Part shown: positions 41,650 through 55,180 of the stretch, piece after piece
Layout: each line of letters begins with the position of its first letter
Position numbering within the stretch: the stretch's first letter is position 1
Assembly (NCBI GenBank): GCA_024704765.1
Contig: JAKMXF010000307.1
Span: forward strand, 186,001 to 250,000
Length of the DNA: 64,000 nt
Reading direction: 5' to 3'
From: Oopsacas minuta
Taxonomy: Eukaryota; Animalia; Porifera
The notes under the pieces: generated by a model
The model's input: the letters and a program-made list of their open reading frames with translations, nothing else
The model's database searches: none
Told to the model about the DNA's origin: nothing
Position numbers and translations under genes: made by a program

Positions 41650-42852
41650 CTCACATTCTTTACAATCTGAACATGAGAATATAGTAAGAATATACCGGTT
41701 TCGAATGCGGCTTAAACAGCAAAGGCTTTCCTTGATGTGTTGTTCTAAGATAATCCTTTTACATCCGGTTTCATATGAGTGAGCAGCAATATCAAAGACT
41801 GGTTGAGAAAAATATTTCTTGTAGCTTTGCATCGTGAAAAATTGCGTGAATGCGGAACAACCTCTCTCAACGAGTAGGATGTCGGAAACGCAAAACAAGG
41901 CATTTCGCAACAATACACAAATTTGGAAGTATATTTAGTCCCGAATTGCCATCCATTATTAAATTTGCCTTTTCCTCCCAACTACCTTTCATGTCCATAT
42001 GCTAACCTCGCCAATATAGCGAAACTGTGTAACATCTACAAAGAGTAGGTCATTTAGCAAATGTAGCGGACTACCATTTAAGGTTACAATAAATCATCGG
42101 TGAATCGCTTGATGATAATCCCATTAGTGTCACAATATGCCACCAAGTCGGTATCTGAAATTTCGAGTCCTACTAAATGAGAAAAAATTTCTTCTACCGA
42201 TATTTTGTAAACAACGTTCGTTTCCCTTTGAAGGAGCTGGCATCATTTTGCACTTGACTAAGGTCACCTCATTCGTTGTAATTGCTGATGAATTGAATTG
42301 CATATATCATGTTATGTTTGTTAACTTAGGTAGGTCAGATTTAGCAGTCCGAACAAGCTGCTTTACTGGTTGTGCTCCTCATCAAAACTTCTAGTATTGG
42401 GCCGAAAAGATTGTGTGTAAACTTACGCACATCCAATTTGCACACTATGTAAAAGCTAACATTCATATTCTGTTACAGTTAGTGACCTAATTGGAGAAAA
42501 TTCTTCGAGGATGATAAAGCTTTGATATAATTGATACTCGTGATGAACATGTACAATAAGTTGGGCAGGAGATCACTCGGATACATCAATGCCAATGCGC
42601 TGAGGGAACGACGCATAAAATATGTTCTTGTAAAGTCAACAAAACAATTATACTTACCACAGTTATTGATGTTATTTGATCATTGAATAATTTATTAGCT
42701 TGAAGAAAAAATCATATTTAGTAATATGGTATCACTGCTTTGACATGAAGATGTACCATTGTTTAGCTTTTTATAGCCCTAGCGCCCCCTAGCCGCCTCC
42801 CAACAACCTTGCAGCGCTACCGAGGGACTCTACGGCAAACTTTAAGAACCAC
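41650..42852 (-). mobile_element. Buster/Charlie-like hAT remnant with internal deletion
   Basis: FAFPTSY..ERG.SA, LLLTHMKPDVKGL and LLHSVQIGC (LLHTEVRW-like); a GTGGTTCTTAAA terminal motif near 42850. Confidence 0.6.
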
Positions 42853-45163
42853 ATATAAATTCTTTTCAGCAAGCCACAGCAAATGGCCTCGCACCACCAT
42901 TTGAGCACTTTTGCAGCAAGACTTTGTCCAGACCTATAATTATCCAGGAAACATTCGATAATATTTCACTATTCGAAAGCTATATAAATGGGCAAGTAGT
43001 ACACTAGCAAGTTATCATTTATAGTTAAATAGCAGACAAGTATGGTAATTTAGAGTATGAGCCTAATACTAAGGATCAATCTTCTTTAGGAGATATTTTC
43101 CAACTCTATATACAGATAATTTCAAAGACCAGATATTTAATCAGAAAAATGTATCCAAAGGTAACAGAGAGAGTACAGCTCTGGCTTGGGTTGTAAAACG
43201 AATAGCTAAACAAGTGACTAACCAATTTATTCCTATACGAAAACGACATAGTGCAATTTCTAACGTTTTGAATGTCAGGAATTTTTGAAAAAACGAAGTT
43301 ACCAAAATTGTTCAGACATCAAAAATATAAAGATACATGATAAGAACCTTGTTGCTAAGATTAAATAAAGAAAACGGTGAGCATTAACGAATTGAAGAGT
43401 GGTTTCCAAAATTTGGAGTATCAACAACAGTTAACTAAAACCGATTCAAACCCGCAAAGTAACGTTAGTGATACTGATGAGAACAAAGGTAATATTGTGG
43501 TGCGATGTTTGTTTCTAGAAACATTATAGAATGCATTTTTCTTTCACCAAATATTTATTGATAAGAATATTGCCTAAACCTTTGCATTACTATATCACCA
43601 TATCAAACACAAGGTAATAATAGCATAGATCTAAATAAATTAGGCATTGTGTACAATCAAAACATAAGAATACACTTAGAGATGGAAATTTCTTATTTGT
43701 GCACTACCACAAGCCAGCACAGCGTCACTGGACGTCATTCTGGTTTGACAAATTATTTAAATATTAAGGTATTAAAATACTCATAATTTCTGTGGAATGG
43801 AATGAGAAGACTTTCATAATCGATTTCTTGGATAAATTCGAAATTATCCTGCTTAAACTAAATCAAGTACTTAAATTGTTCCTCTTCAAAATGCATATTG
43901 CATAATATGACAAATTTAGCCAATAAAAAATCTTCGAACAAATTATCCATGGTGGCATGGAACAGTTTTAGTATAGATTAAATTTACATAGGATATTGGA
44001 AATTGCCAACTAAATTTTGAAAATCGTCTCCATTCTATTCCACTGACATTGATGAATGTTTTGATAACTCAAACATATCGGCGATAATTTCTCAAATCAG
44101 AATCACGTTCAGGTTCGCTGTTAAGGAATATGTGGTTCTCAGGAAATCTATATTCATATATAGAACTTTAATCACACTGAAAACTATAAATTAACTTTCT
44201 GATAATTTGTTTCAAATTTCCATTATCTAAAGTTATATATAAAGTCTATATACGTCATAGATACATAAAACAATATGTGATGTATCAAGGATGACTATGG
44301 ATGAGTTTGTGGAACAGATTTAGATCTTTTCGCAGCTTCAAAATTGTTAGACATCGATATATAGGTATATCTAGGACACTCAATAGCATAATGGCAGTTC
44401 TTTTTGAAAATCAGGGTTTGAGCTGTCATATACATTTGAATCACCTTCTAATGAAGGAAATTATTTGTTTCAAAAAGAGAAGCATTCAACCTATAATAAT
44501 GTTGAGCATAGGAAATCTCCAAATAATTGTATATCATATGATAATGGTACATGATCTATATACTAGGGCATTACATAAGTCTTGCGGGTGATATCATAGA
44601 ACAGGGTACAAACAGTATACACACTAATTCATTATATTATTTATTCAAAGTAATCCCCTCCTCCAGATACACAAAGTTTTAACCTTTCACCCACTAGGAA
44701 AACACATTTCTGTGCTCTTCTTCGGGGATGGATTTGAAGTACTGGTACAGGCCCGTTCCGAGTGTTCGTAATGTGTCAAAATCTTTGCCTTGGAGATAGA
44801 TTTTAAGCTTGGGGAATAACCAAAAATCACAAGAAGCTAGGTCTGGTGAGTATGGTGGATAAGAAGTAATTCTAACGCTTCTATATCCGAGAATCTTTTG
44901 GTTAGCTTAGCTGTATGGGAACTGGCGCTATCAATTAAAATCTTCATCCCTCTAGTTCCGGTTTTCGGGCGGTATTTTTGAATATTATCATCAAGTTTGG
45001 AAGCACTTGCTTTGTAAAGAAAGTAGCAGTAACAGCTTTGGCACTCACACAAGGTAACTGCAAGACAATTTCATGACTATTGAAGATGGTTAACATAATC
45101 TTAGGTTTTCTGAAGTGGGGCCTAGGAATTTTCGCAGGTTGTTCATCACCACTCACCCATGAT

Positions 45164-45688
45164 CAGGGGTGGCGCCAGGAAATCACCGACAAGGGGGCTT
45201 AGGTCCCCAATGGAGGGTCTAAATTTGTGATATAGCCTTTGCCCTATGTATGGAATATGAATCAAATATTACGTATATGAATTCGTAAATCATATTGCAA
45301 CTTATATAGTTTGAGCGAAGGAGTAAACTGGTGAATCTTTGTCACTTTGCTATTAAGTTGCAGTAGCAGTGACTCTTTGTCACTTTGCTATTAAATTGCA
45401 GTAGCAGTGACTCTTTGTCACTTTGCTATTTAATTGCAGTAGCAATGGTTCTTTGTTACTTTACTATTCAATTATAGTAGCATAGTGGTTCTCTGACAGT
45501 ATGGCGATTGAGTGAAAGTACATTATCAAACACATCAATAGTAAAAGTTGAAAGGTGGAAATACTGACGAATATCCTTACAGAAATAAATAACATTAGAA
45601 CACATATTCTTGTCAAAATTCTTCCAATTCCTTTCCCGAAGGGGGGCTAGCGTTCCCCGACAGGGAGCAGTAGCTTTCCGCCCCCCTG
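45164..45688. mobile_element. hAT-family MITE, 525 bp, with perfect 8-bp TSD CCCATGAT
   Basis: CCCATGAT (45156-63) CAGGGGTGGCG ... CCGCCCCCCTG CCCATGAT (45689-96). Confidence 0.88.
45337..45490. repeat. Four head-to-tail copies of a 38-bp unit inside the hAT MITE
   Basis: CTTTGTCACTTTGCTATTAAGTTGCAGTAGCAGTGACT, progressively more diverged toward the right; no spacers. Confidence 0.9.
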
Positions 45689-47047
45689 CCCATGATCGCT
45701 TCTTATACTTGCTATATAATGCTGAATAGTGTACACACGTCTCGTCACCAGAAATAATCTATTTCAGGCTTCTAGTATCGCAGTTCTCGTGTTTCCAAGT
45801 GTTTCTTGTAAATATTAAGTAGTGCCAACCTTTCTCGCTGAGCTTATGCGGGACCCATTTCCACATATATCGATCGGTGGCCAAGCTCAGTCGTCGGAAT
45901 TGTATGATTAACTCCCGATGAAATCTCCATACATTGTTCTAACTGATTGACAGTAATACACTTGTCTCCCATGACTGCACTTTCACTGAGTGCGATATTC
46001 TCTGGAGTGGTGGCAGATACCGGTCGACCAGATCGATGCAAATCTGTGACATCAGCACCACCAGATCTAAAACTGGCAGCCCATCGCTCTAAAGTAGATC
46101 TGGAAGGGCTATCCACGCACAATATCTCCTGCAACTCGCTGAAGATCTTTCTATGCTGGATCTTGAGTTTTGTGCGAAACTCTATGTAAGCTCGCCATTT
46201 AAGGTTGAAATTATCATCCTTTGAAGCCATACATTCAACAGTTGGTATGAATTGACTACGAGTATATATCAAAAAATCATAATTTGTATTGAATGTGCTT
46301 GAAACTTTCGTATACAGAGTTTAACTATATGGGCTTATAATATAGGAAAGTTAGATACATTACTTGAACTGCAAGACTTGTCGAAAGCCCTGAAAGAAAT
46401 TTCATCTCCTCCTCAATTTACCACTCGGTTTATATAAAATACCATTGACTATCTCAAATACTGGTTAACTCAAACATTTTATACCACGAACTGACATCCA
46501 TTTCCCTCTTTCTTCGTCTTGCTTTAGTACTTATCGCACATAAACATTCTATTTTTTCGAACAGATTATCAGGGTTTTAGTAACGGGATGTTAAATGTAT
46601 AGAACATTTTTTTACATCAATCTTTGAATATTTTACAATTATGTGGTTTATTGAAGTTTTGAAGAGAACACAAATACTGAATAATCAATAAATCTCAACT
46701 TTGAATAATCTGAAAAGGTGTCGCATGGAAATTGCAACTTTAAATGATCCCCATCTAACGTCTAAAATTCGCTATATGTTCTTCCTCAAAACGGTGATTT
46801 ACAGGATGTTCACTGTATACATTTGAGGATGTGTAAATTTTTATGTTAAACCCCGATACGGGAGGCTAAGATCCAGTAAGGGGGAATTGCACCCCACCCT
46901 CCCCATAGCGTTGCTTCATTTTAAGCATATAAATTCGAAAATACTTTACTATCATAACTTAAGTTATATTAAATAGATATTACATCCTGGACTGTTACTT
47001 ACGTATGTAGTTTTCAAGTAGATCAAGTAACAACTTTAGGGAAATTA

Positions 47048-47640
47048 CAGGGTGGACCATAAGTTCTGTCCCACAGATAAAAGGCGATAATTTTGGCAAA
47101 ACTCAATAAAATGACTTAAAATCTTAACACGATAACGTACACATTATTTGGATAATAATTTATTATGCTTATTTAATATATCCACCTATTTTCTTAATTA
47201 CAGCCCTAAGTCGTGAAGGAACCGCCTCTACTGCCATTCGCATGGTTTCCTGGGGGATTTCACTCCAAGGACGTATTATTGATTGCTTAAGGGCCTCCAA
47301 AATTTTATGGGATTTATAACAAGCCTTTGTATATAATATAGGCCAAACTAAGAAGTCTAGAAGTTCAACGTCCGGACTAGATGGGGGCCATTCCTGTTTG
47401 GAAACAAGTCAGGAATTTCGGTGTAAAGACAGCTTTGAGTGGTATTTGCTGTATGGGCAGAGACACAGTTTTGTTAGAACAAAAAGGGTTCATTGTTAAA
47501 CATCGACTTGCTAAGCTCTTTGACTATAGGATTTAGAACAAGGTTTTGGTAAGTTTGAGTATTTATTTTTACCCGAGTTGGGATGAAAACTATCGGAGTC
47601 CTGCCAAATGAGGATATTCCAGCCCAAACAATAAGAGAAC
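47048..47640 (-). mobile_element. 3' half of a maT/DD37D-type element
   Basis: TA-CAGGGTGGACCATAAG terminus; minus strand PSSPDVELLDFLVWPIL.TKAC.KSH...LKQSI..W.EIPQET. Confidence 0.7.
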
Positions 47641-47899
47641 ATGGTTGTTGTACTCTTTATATTTATCTACACTCCTCAGGGATGGTAGACGCTGTAGAAA
47701 CAATATTCTGTCATTTTGTTACAAATTAATAAGAAAAAGACTATTCTTATCTAAGTACAAAATAGAAAACATATTGGAATAGACGAATTAGAAATTGCTA
47801 CAAACATTCTCCAGGGTACTCGAGGTCGCATGCTTTTATGGATGAAACGGTTAGAGAAGATGTTTGCCTTAAGATTTACAAGATACAGAGTAGCGAAAC

Positions 47900-49085
47900 G
47901 TAGCGACCGTGACCATAACACCAACGGAAAATGCGAGGATCAATATTCGGACAAAAGCCCCATTCTAGAGAATATTGAAATAAATAGCATGTATGCTAAT
48001 TAGCTAATCTGAAGATTGGACTGCACTAATGTATTGAAGTATCCTAAAATATTATCTAGAAACAACTAATATCTTAAAAATCAGGCATTCCCTCAGTTGC
48101 CTATCCAGTCCAGTCCAATGTACAACTACACCGCCAACTAGGTTAGACATAAACGCTAAAGATCGTGATCACCTGGCTCTTGGGATGGAACTGAGTATGG
48201 AGCAGAAAATATTGATGGACAGAAATTTCAAGTACTTGGATTTGAAAATTTACAATCTAAGCTTGTTCGTGTATCTCTTCCAAAGCAGTGAATACTTTAG
48301 TCTACTGATGAAAATCAACTCCATTTAATTCAACCTCCTATATCGGATGTCACTGGTGCTCACAATATTGAACGTTCTCTCTCGATCAATGATTCTTTAT
48401 CTACAAAGGGCTTCTACAACAACAAATACATAAAGCAGATTACTGATATTCTGGCTATTGACAACTTGCTAGAAGAGATATCATCTATCAGTATTGAAAA
48501 CCATAATAGACAGGAATTATAAACCCCTACATTTAACCAACAGATAGTTCAAGTGACCAAATAATTGCGTCTAACAGTAAATAAGTTGTCGAATTCACAG
48601 GCAATACTAGTTGAATGTCAAGAGTATAATCAACTACTATCTTTCCCCCAATGTATTATATGTCAATTGAATAATATGTTTCGTCCGAAAAAGTCACCAC
48701 ACCTCAACATTGGAACTATTGTAATAGCACTCAAGTGCCAACTTATCTCTCCGGCGTGCTACCATTATTTGCAATCTCTTGATTCACTTCTCTTCCATAT
48801 TACACAACACTTCAGCGTTTATATATAAAATTTGGTCTGGATAGTGAATATATTACATTTTTGGAAAAGGCTACCTCTGATTTCAACCAAATAGAACGAA
48901 ATGTGAAATCATAATTCACCAATAAAGGTGGAAAGCCAGCCAAACTATATTTGCTTTTATGGTTTCTAGCTTATCTAAAAGATGATCAACCATCGTTCGT
49001 CTACTACCATGTTCAAATACATCTGCAATGGATATATTCCCTGTTATCAAGCAAGTGACAAAACGTTTCGAGCGTTGAGGATTAT
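47900..49085 (+). pseudogene. THAP/P-element-like transposase 5' part
   Basis: LKNQAFPQLP (THAP C-terminal-like), ISPACYHYLQSL, ERNV..KS.FT.KGGK, AKTIFAFMVSSLSKR*STIVRLLPC; ends at the MITE insertion at 49087. Confidence 0.7.
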
Positions 49086-49086
49086 A

Positions 49087-50019
49087 CAGTCAGGGGACAA
49101 AAGTATTCGAACACACAAATATATTGTCATAAATTGTATACTCTTTCCCGCTCCTATATATTGTGTGATCTATATTCGTAGCTGTTATCTAGTAATTTGC
49201 ACAGAATAACACATATGTTTTTCAAGAATTTCGAAAAGATATTTCCGATTTACAATTTTTGAAGGTGTTAATTTTGAATAATTATTGGAGAATTATTGAG
49301 ATTTAAAGTACGTGGTAATTCAAAGCCTATTAAGAATCTATAATTTCTGACTTGATATTTGGATTCTACGTAGGCGAGTCACCCCAGATTGAAATTTTCA
49401 ATCGGATTGAACAATTTTTACTAAAGTTATAGAAGAATTTCAATTTGTCCCACTTGTGCCGCCTTTTGAAAAAAGTGGCACAGGTGGCAGGAATAAGAGC
49501 CACTACAAGGAAATCAACTAGGGCTAAGAGGAATAAGTCGAAGCAATATTTTCGAATGATATTATTATGCTAACCCTTGAATTTCACAGTAACCTCTTGG
49601 TAGCGGCCACTTGTGCCACCTTGGGCAAAAGGTGGCACAAATGGCACAAATTGAAATTCATCTATAACTCTGGTAAAATTGTTCAATCCGATTGAAAATT
49701 TAATCCGATTGAAAATTTCAATCTGGGGTGACTCGCCTACGTAGAATTCAAATATCAAGTCAGAAATTATAGTTACTTAATAGGCTTTGATTTACCACAT
49801 ATTTTGAATATCAATAGTTTTCGAATAATTATTCAAAATTAACACCCTCAAAAATTGTAAATCGAAAATATTCTTTTGAAATTCTTGAAAAATATATGTT
49901 GTTCTATACAAATTACTAGATAGCAGCTACGAATATAGACTACACAATATATAGGAGCGGGAAAAAGTATACAATTTATGACAATATATTTGTGTTCGAA
50001 TACTTTTGTCCCCTGACTG
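49087..50019. mobile_element. Foldback-like Tc1-type MITE, 933 bp, with roughly 420-bp inverted arms
   Basis: CAGTCAGGGGACAAAAGTATTCGAACAC ... GTGTTCGAATACTTTTGTCCCCTGACTG; the arms stay complementary almost to the centre; TA on the left, CA on the right. Confidence 0.88.
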
Positions 50020-50114
50020 CATGCTAAAGTTATAGGTGCAGATAACTATCCTATGAACGCAAACTCAAACTTTTATAAACTTTCGGGATTCTGATATCGC
50101 TATAACAGCTATAT

Positions 50115-51429
50115 TACAGACCAACAAAAATATTTTTGTGTGTTTCTTTTGCCTAAGATTTTAGATTGAATTTTGACTATTTTTGCTTTTGCTGAGTTCG
50201 AAAATTTCATCGGATTTGCTTGATTGGCTCTTGATTTTGGTCTACATTTATGTTTATATTGTTAGTTACCTTTTTCAAATGTATATTCAATTTAATCAAT
50301 AGTTTTATAATTCTAAGTATCTAGCATATTCTAACTCTATGGCATCGGTTGGAAGAAATGTTCTAATGATCCTAATACATTCTGTTACATATGCGGTGAA
50401 TATGAAAGATCAGAGAAGAGGAGTCTCTGAATGCGTGTGAAATGCATACTTTGCTTACTTTGAGGTGAAGCTTGGAGATCAAGACAAGACATGGGCTTCG
50501 CATATGTGTGTAAAATATGTAGTGAATATCTAAGGCTGTGGACTAATGGCAAGGCATACCTATGGTATGGAAAGAACAGAGGAATCATTATGATGATTGC
50601 AATTTTTGTATGCTCGATATGAAAGGATTCAATCGACATAAGAAAAGAATATAGAGTTTCCCTGATTTAGACTCTGCTAGCCATCCTGTGCCGCGGTGTG
50701 GAGGTTCCTCAGGAAAAATTTAGTCCCGTACCAGACCTCTCAATAGATTGCGATGGAATAGATGAAAATTTGGACGCAGCATGTCATTCAGTGAAAGTGA
50801 ACTCGAAGTTAGCTCTACATTATCTGGTCAATTTAATAAGGAAGAGCTCAATGATCTAATTCGGGACCTCAACCTGTCTAAAAAGCCTTCACAAATTTTG
50901 GCATCCGGGCTCAACGAGAAGAATATTCGTAGCCCTGGAACTAAGATAACATATTATCGTCATAGAGAAGAAGGATTACTTCATTACTTTAGCCAACAAG
51001 AAGGCATCGTCTTCTTCAATGACTTTGGAGGACTTCTCCTGTAAATGGGAGTACCACAATATAGCCAGAAGATTGGCGTCTATTCATTGATAGTTCCAAG
51101 AGAATCTTGAAGTGCGTTATATTGCATAATGGAAATAAATGTATATCTATTCCAATTGGACATTCAACAAAGCTTAAGGATGTGTATGAAAATATTCAAT
51201 TGGTATTGCAAAAATTGAAATATCATGAACACCAGTGGTTGATATGTGTTGATCTTAAGATGGTAAACTTTCTACATAGCCAACAAGGTGGATACACTAA
51301 GTACCCTTGTTTTATATGTTTATGGGACAGCAGTGCCCGCAAAGATCATTGGGTAACTAAAGTGTGATCCTTGAGAACTGATCTAACAGTTGGAGAAGCA
51401 AACATTCTGTATGAACCATTGGTTCCTAG
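50115..51429 (+). mobile_element. Chapaev3 5' half, cut at the hAT insertion
   Basis: NDPNTFCYICG, LGDQDKTWASH, WKEQRNHYDDC, CVDLKMVNFL..QGGYTKYPCFICLWDS; ends ...YEPLVP at the hAT TIR. Confidence 0.85.
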
Positions 51430-54120
51430 CCGTGGCGTCCTGCTTGGAAAATTTCCGGGGGGGCAAAGAGTCAATAATGCATCCCAAAAGAATTACAAAT
51501 ATCATAATAAAAGTACTCGAACTCTCCTTGGTTCAGACTATATTTCAAGTAATCTATGATAAATACTATTATATTTGTAAATTAGTGTTCGTAAGTTCAG
51601 TACTGATACACACTATTTCCTGGGAGTATTCCAAAATCTCTCGTGAATCTTCTCAAATCTTTTAGGGATTGATTTCATTCTGTTAGATTCAACGGACAAT
51701 AACAGTAAATTACTTAACCTGTCTTCACACATCGTGCTACGTAATCGAGTCTTAATAAGCTTTAATGTTGAAAAGAACGTTCACATGCGGAGGATGTCAC
51801 TGGTAGTGTTAGAATCAACCTATATAGAATGTTCAAATTGGGATATAATTTGGCTATCCCTTCTTTGACCATATAAAGATAAAGTTTATGAATTCCAATT
51901 TTCCCGATATTGGATAATTCAATTAATTTCGCAAGAAGTTTGTATTCATATTCTATTAAATCTGCGTCGAAGTCGCCAATATAATAACTTGCTAGTACTC
52001 TTAAATCCTGTATATTTTCAGCTTTAGGAGGATTTAAGCATTCAATAGATTTGAGAAGAGGCATGGTTTCATGTGAGAATCTACTCTGAAGCGCTTCTTT
52101 AATCAACTCTATCACATCATTAAAGAATTGCTCTTTCATACGCTCTTTTCCAGTTAACACTATTGGTACATGGTGTTCACTATCATCCAACCTTGTAGGT
52201 ACCTTCCTGTGACGTGGTTCACTATATGTGACGCCAATATTCTCAGCAATTTTTTCAGCTTGTAAATATAATTGATCAAAGTATGCTTCAGTTGTATATC
52301 CTTGTAATGTACTAATCAAAGATTCAATATGTAGACTTGCTGATGATATGTTAAGATCTTCATTTTGAAGATATTTTGAAATGATATTACACAATTTGAG
52401 GATATCTGTAAAGGTAACTAAACATAGACAAAATTGGAAATCTATACATTTTGATAGAGAGAAAGCATCTGACGCTATACCAGAATCATATTTACCGTCG
52501 TATATAATAGAATCTAGAACTTTTAGAAGAACACTAATATTTTCAAGCAAAACTTGGCATGCCTCTGCACGGGAAGACCATCTAGTATCGCTTAGTGATT
52601 TAAGTGTGCCTATTTTCTTCCCTTCACCCTGACTGGCATAGCATTTCATCTGAATATCTTTAAATAACCCATGTCTCTTTGTGCTACCCTCAATAAATGC
52701 GTACAGCTTTTGCATTATTCCAAAGAAATTTCTAGTGATCACATTGCGTTTACAAGTATCAATAATAACTAGGTTTAACCGATGCACATAACAATGTACA
52801 AAATATGCTTTAGGGTTCTTTACTTTAATTAAATTTTGGACTCCATTATATCTACCAGCCATTGTTGCACATCCATCATAACCTTGACCACGTAATGATT
52901 CGATCAATAATCCGTGCTTACTGAAAACTTCAACAATGGTTGTCACTAACCCTACAGCTGTACAATTCGCCACTTCAATCAAGTCAAGTAGAGATTCAAT
53001 TATTTCACCATTTATATTGACATATCTTACTACAATAGATAATTGATCTTTCTTAGCTATATCTGGAGTAGTATCTAAACAAATTGAAAAAAAGTGAGCT
53101 ATTTGAATATTTTCAATAATATCTTCCCTCAAGATTTCGGCACTATACTGAATCATTTCATTCTGAGAAGTAGGTGATAAATAACTGGGATAACCTTTTG
53201 GATTTGCTTGTCCTTTTTGTAGATGAATCATTAAAGGTGGGTGATAACGAGAAATAAGTTCGATAATTCCCTTGAAAATACCTTTATTCGTAGACACTTC
53301 TCCTTCATTATGACCACGAAAAGGCAAGTTCAATTGAGCTAATGTAATAACTACATTAATCAGGAGATAAACAATATCTTTTCTTGATTGCCTTTCTTTA
53401 TTCGCAAGAGATAATGCTTTCTTCATATCTTCGCTGATGAGGACATCTACCGAGTTTCATGTAAATAACTAGTCCATTTTTCCATGCATATGGAATGTTT
53501 TTCACTTTTTGAATGTTTATCGAATCCTCTATTTTTCTCTAAAGCATGTGGCCACTGTCTAAATCCATCTTCCACAAATGTTCTATCATATTTATCTAAT
53601 GCAGAACCGAAAACACGACAGGGAAAGCACAAAGCCGAATCAGTATACTTATTATACTCTAACCAGGGTCTTGAAATATACCAATTGCCTGAAAGCCCTC
53701 GTTTTCCCATGAAATAATGTCTGAGGGTATGAGTTATTTGGTAGTTTCAGTCGTATAGGTAGGTCCATATTTGATGTATTCAGCACGAAGTAATCTGTCT
53801 ACTGGAACTACAAATTCTTGTCCCATAGCATCGTTCAACAACGAGTAATTCACAAACGAAGTCTCAGATTCTATAGAACTATTAGGCACTACTGCAGCTG
53901 TAGAAGTATCACTTGATTGGATAATTGGGGGGGAACATGGTGACAAAGGTTGAAAAAATTTATCCAAATTCATTGACGAACAAAAGATAATAACCACAGG
54001 GTTAGGCATAAGTTTCGCAACAAAAATTGAAATTAAGCTAGAGGTTCGGCGAATGGTTTTAGGCGAACATTTATTCATCATATATTATCTTCAGCATCTT
54101 TCAAACAATATTTGGAGTAT
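51430..54120 (-). mobile_element. hAT transposon (ZMYM1/TTF-zinc-finger, DUF4371-like type); 3' TIR at 51430, 5' end absent here
   Basis: TIR CCGTGGCGTCCTGCT; transposase in three frames with frameshifts near 53730, 53445 and 51765. Confidence 0.85.
51762..53426 (-). pseudogene. hAT transposase core ORF (554 aa), frameshifted at both ends
   Basis: LPFRGHNE, SICLDTTPDIAKKDQLSIVVRYV, RGQGYDGCATMAG, HCYVHRLNL, SDTRWSSR, LPVTSSACERSF. The upstream frame 53447-53710 carries a TTF-type zinc finger (WLEY...CFPC...F..W..H..S..H). Confidence 0.9.
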
Positions 54121-54149
54121 TGAGTACTACTCGCAAAATTTTTTTATTT

Positions 54150-55180
54150 ATGGGCAAAGAAGCAAAACGGTCATTGATAATCTTGTATCATAATGAAGGC
54201 AAGTCGGCTTCCGTAATATCAAAATACTGTCCATAAACAGATTGATAGTCTACCGTCCAATCAAATGTTACAAGGAGACTGGCAGTACCCAGGACAGGTT
54301 CAGAAAAGGTAGACCTCATTTTGTTCGGACTCCTGCTGTTAGGAAGCTCGTCCGGGAGAGGGTCAGGAAGAATCCTGTCAGAAGCATCCAAGGCATGGCA
54401 AAAGACTTCAATATTTCAACCAGAAGTATGAGGAGGATAGTAAAAGAGGATTTAGGCTTGAAATGCTACAAATTTCGAGAGGTACTGTTACTTTCTGAGG
54501 TGAATAAGAGGCGTAGGTATGAAAAATGTCTGATTCTGGGAAAAAGGTTCACTGGTGGCACGCACCAGAGTATTGTCTTCTCCGATGAGAAGATTCTTAC
54601 CGTTGAAATGGCATATAATCGCCAAAACAGTCGAACTCTTGCTCCAGATCAAAAGTCTATATCGTCATCAATAAACACAATTAAAAGAACTCAGAAACTT
54701 GCATCGGTCATGGTTTGGGGAGCTATTACCTCTGAAGGTCGGACACCTCTGGTGCTCATTGACAAAGGGGTGAAAATTAACAAAGAGGTGTATGTAGAGA
54801 GCATCTTAGAGAACGCATTGAAGCCTTGGGCTGGTGAGCACTTCAAAGGCGCGCATTGGGTGTTCCAGCAAGATTCCGCTCCCTCCCACAAAGCCAAAAT
54901 GACATCTGAGTGGTTGAAACTCAATGTACCGGAATGTATATCAACTGAAGAATGGCCGACCTCTTCTCCAGATCTAAACCCTATGGATTTCTGTATATGG
55001 TCCATCTTAGAGTCCAGGATATGTGCAAAGCCTCACAAGAATGTCAAAAGTCTGAAGTCCTCCTTGAGAAGAGGGTGAGATTTAATCAGTGAGGACGTGT
55101 TGCGCTGCGGCGATAATTTCTATAAGCGATTGAGCCTATGTATCGCAGCAAAGGGCAATACATTCGAAGAGCTAGATTAA
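54150..55180 (+). mobile_element. maT/DD37D transposase, nearly intact; no left TIR found
   Basis: ATG at 54150, frameshift near 54225. ORF 54242-55078 has VFSDEKI, VMVWGAIT and QQDSAPSH...SSPDLNPMDF (37 residues between D and D); premature TGA at a Trp codon. Confidence 0.88.

Larger units (their letters stand above)
44630..46320 (-). mobile_element. mariner remnant split by an hAT MITE
   Basis: KWRAYIEFR, DLHRSGRP and ISGDETCVHY on the right of the MITE; KPKIMLTIF, DSASSH and HQT..LVIFGYS on the left. Confidence 0.75.

Noticed and set aside
44040-44075. TDIDEC calcium-binding EGF-like motif
   Set aside because: An isolated 6-residue match with no following cysteine pattern; likely chance.
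45337-45490. CRISPR-like 38-bp repeats
   Set aside because: The units are contiguous with no spacers, lie inside a eukaryotic hAT MITE, and have no cas genes nearby.
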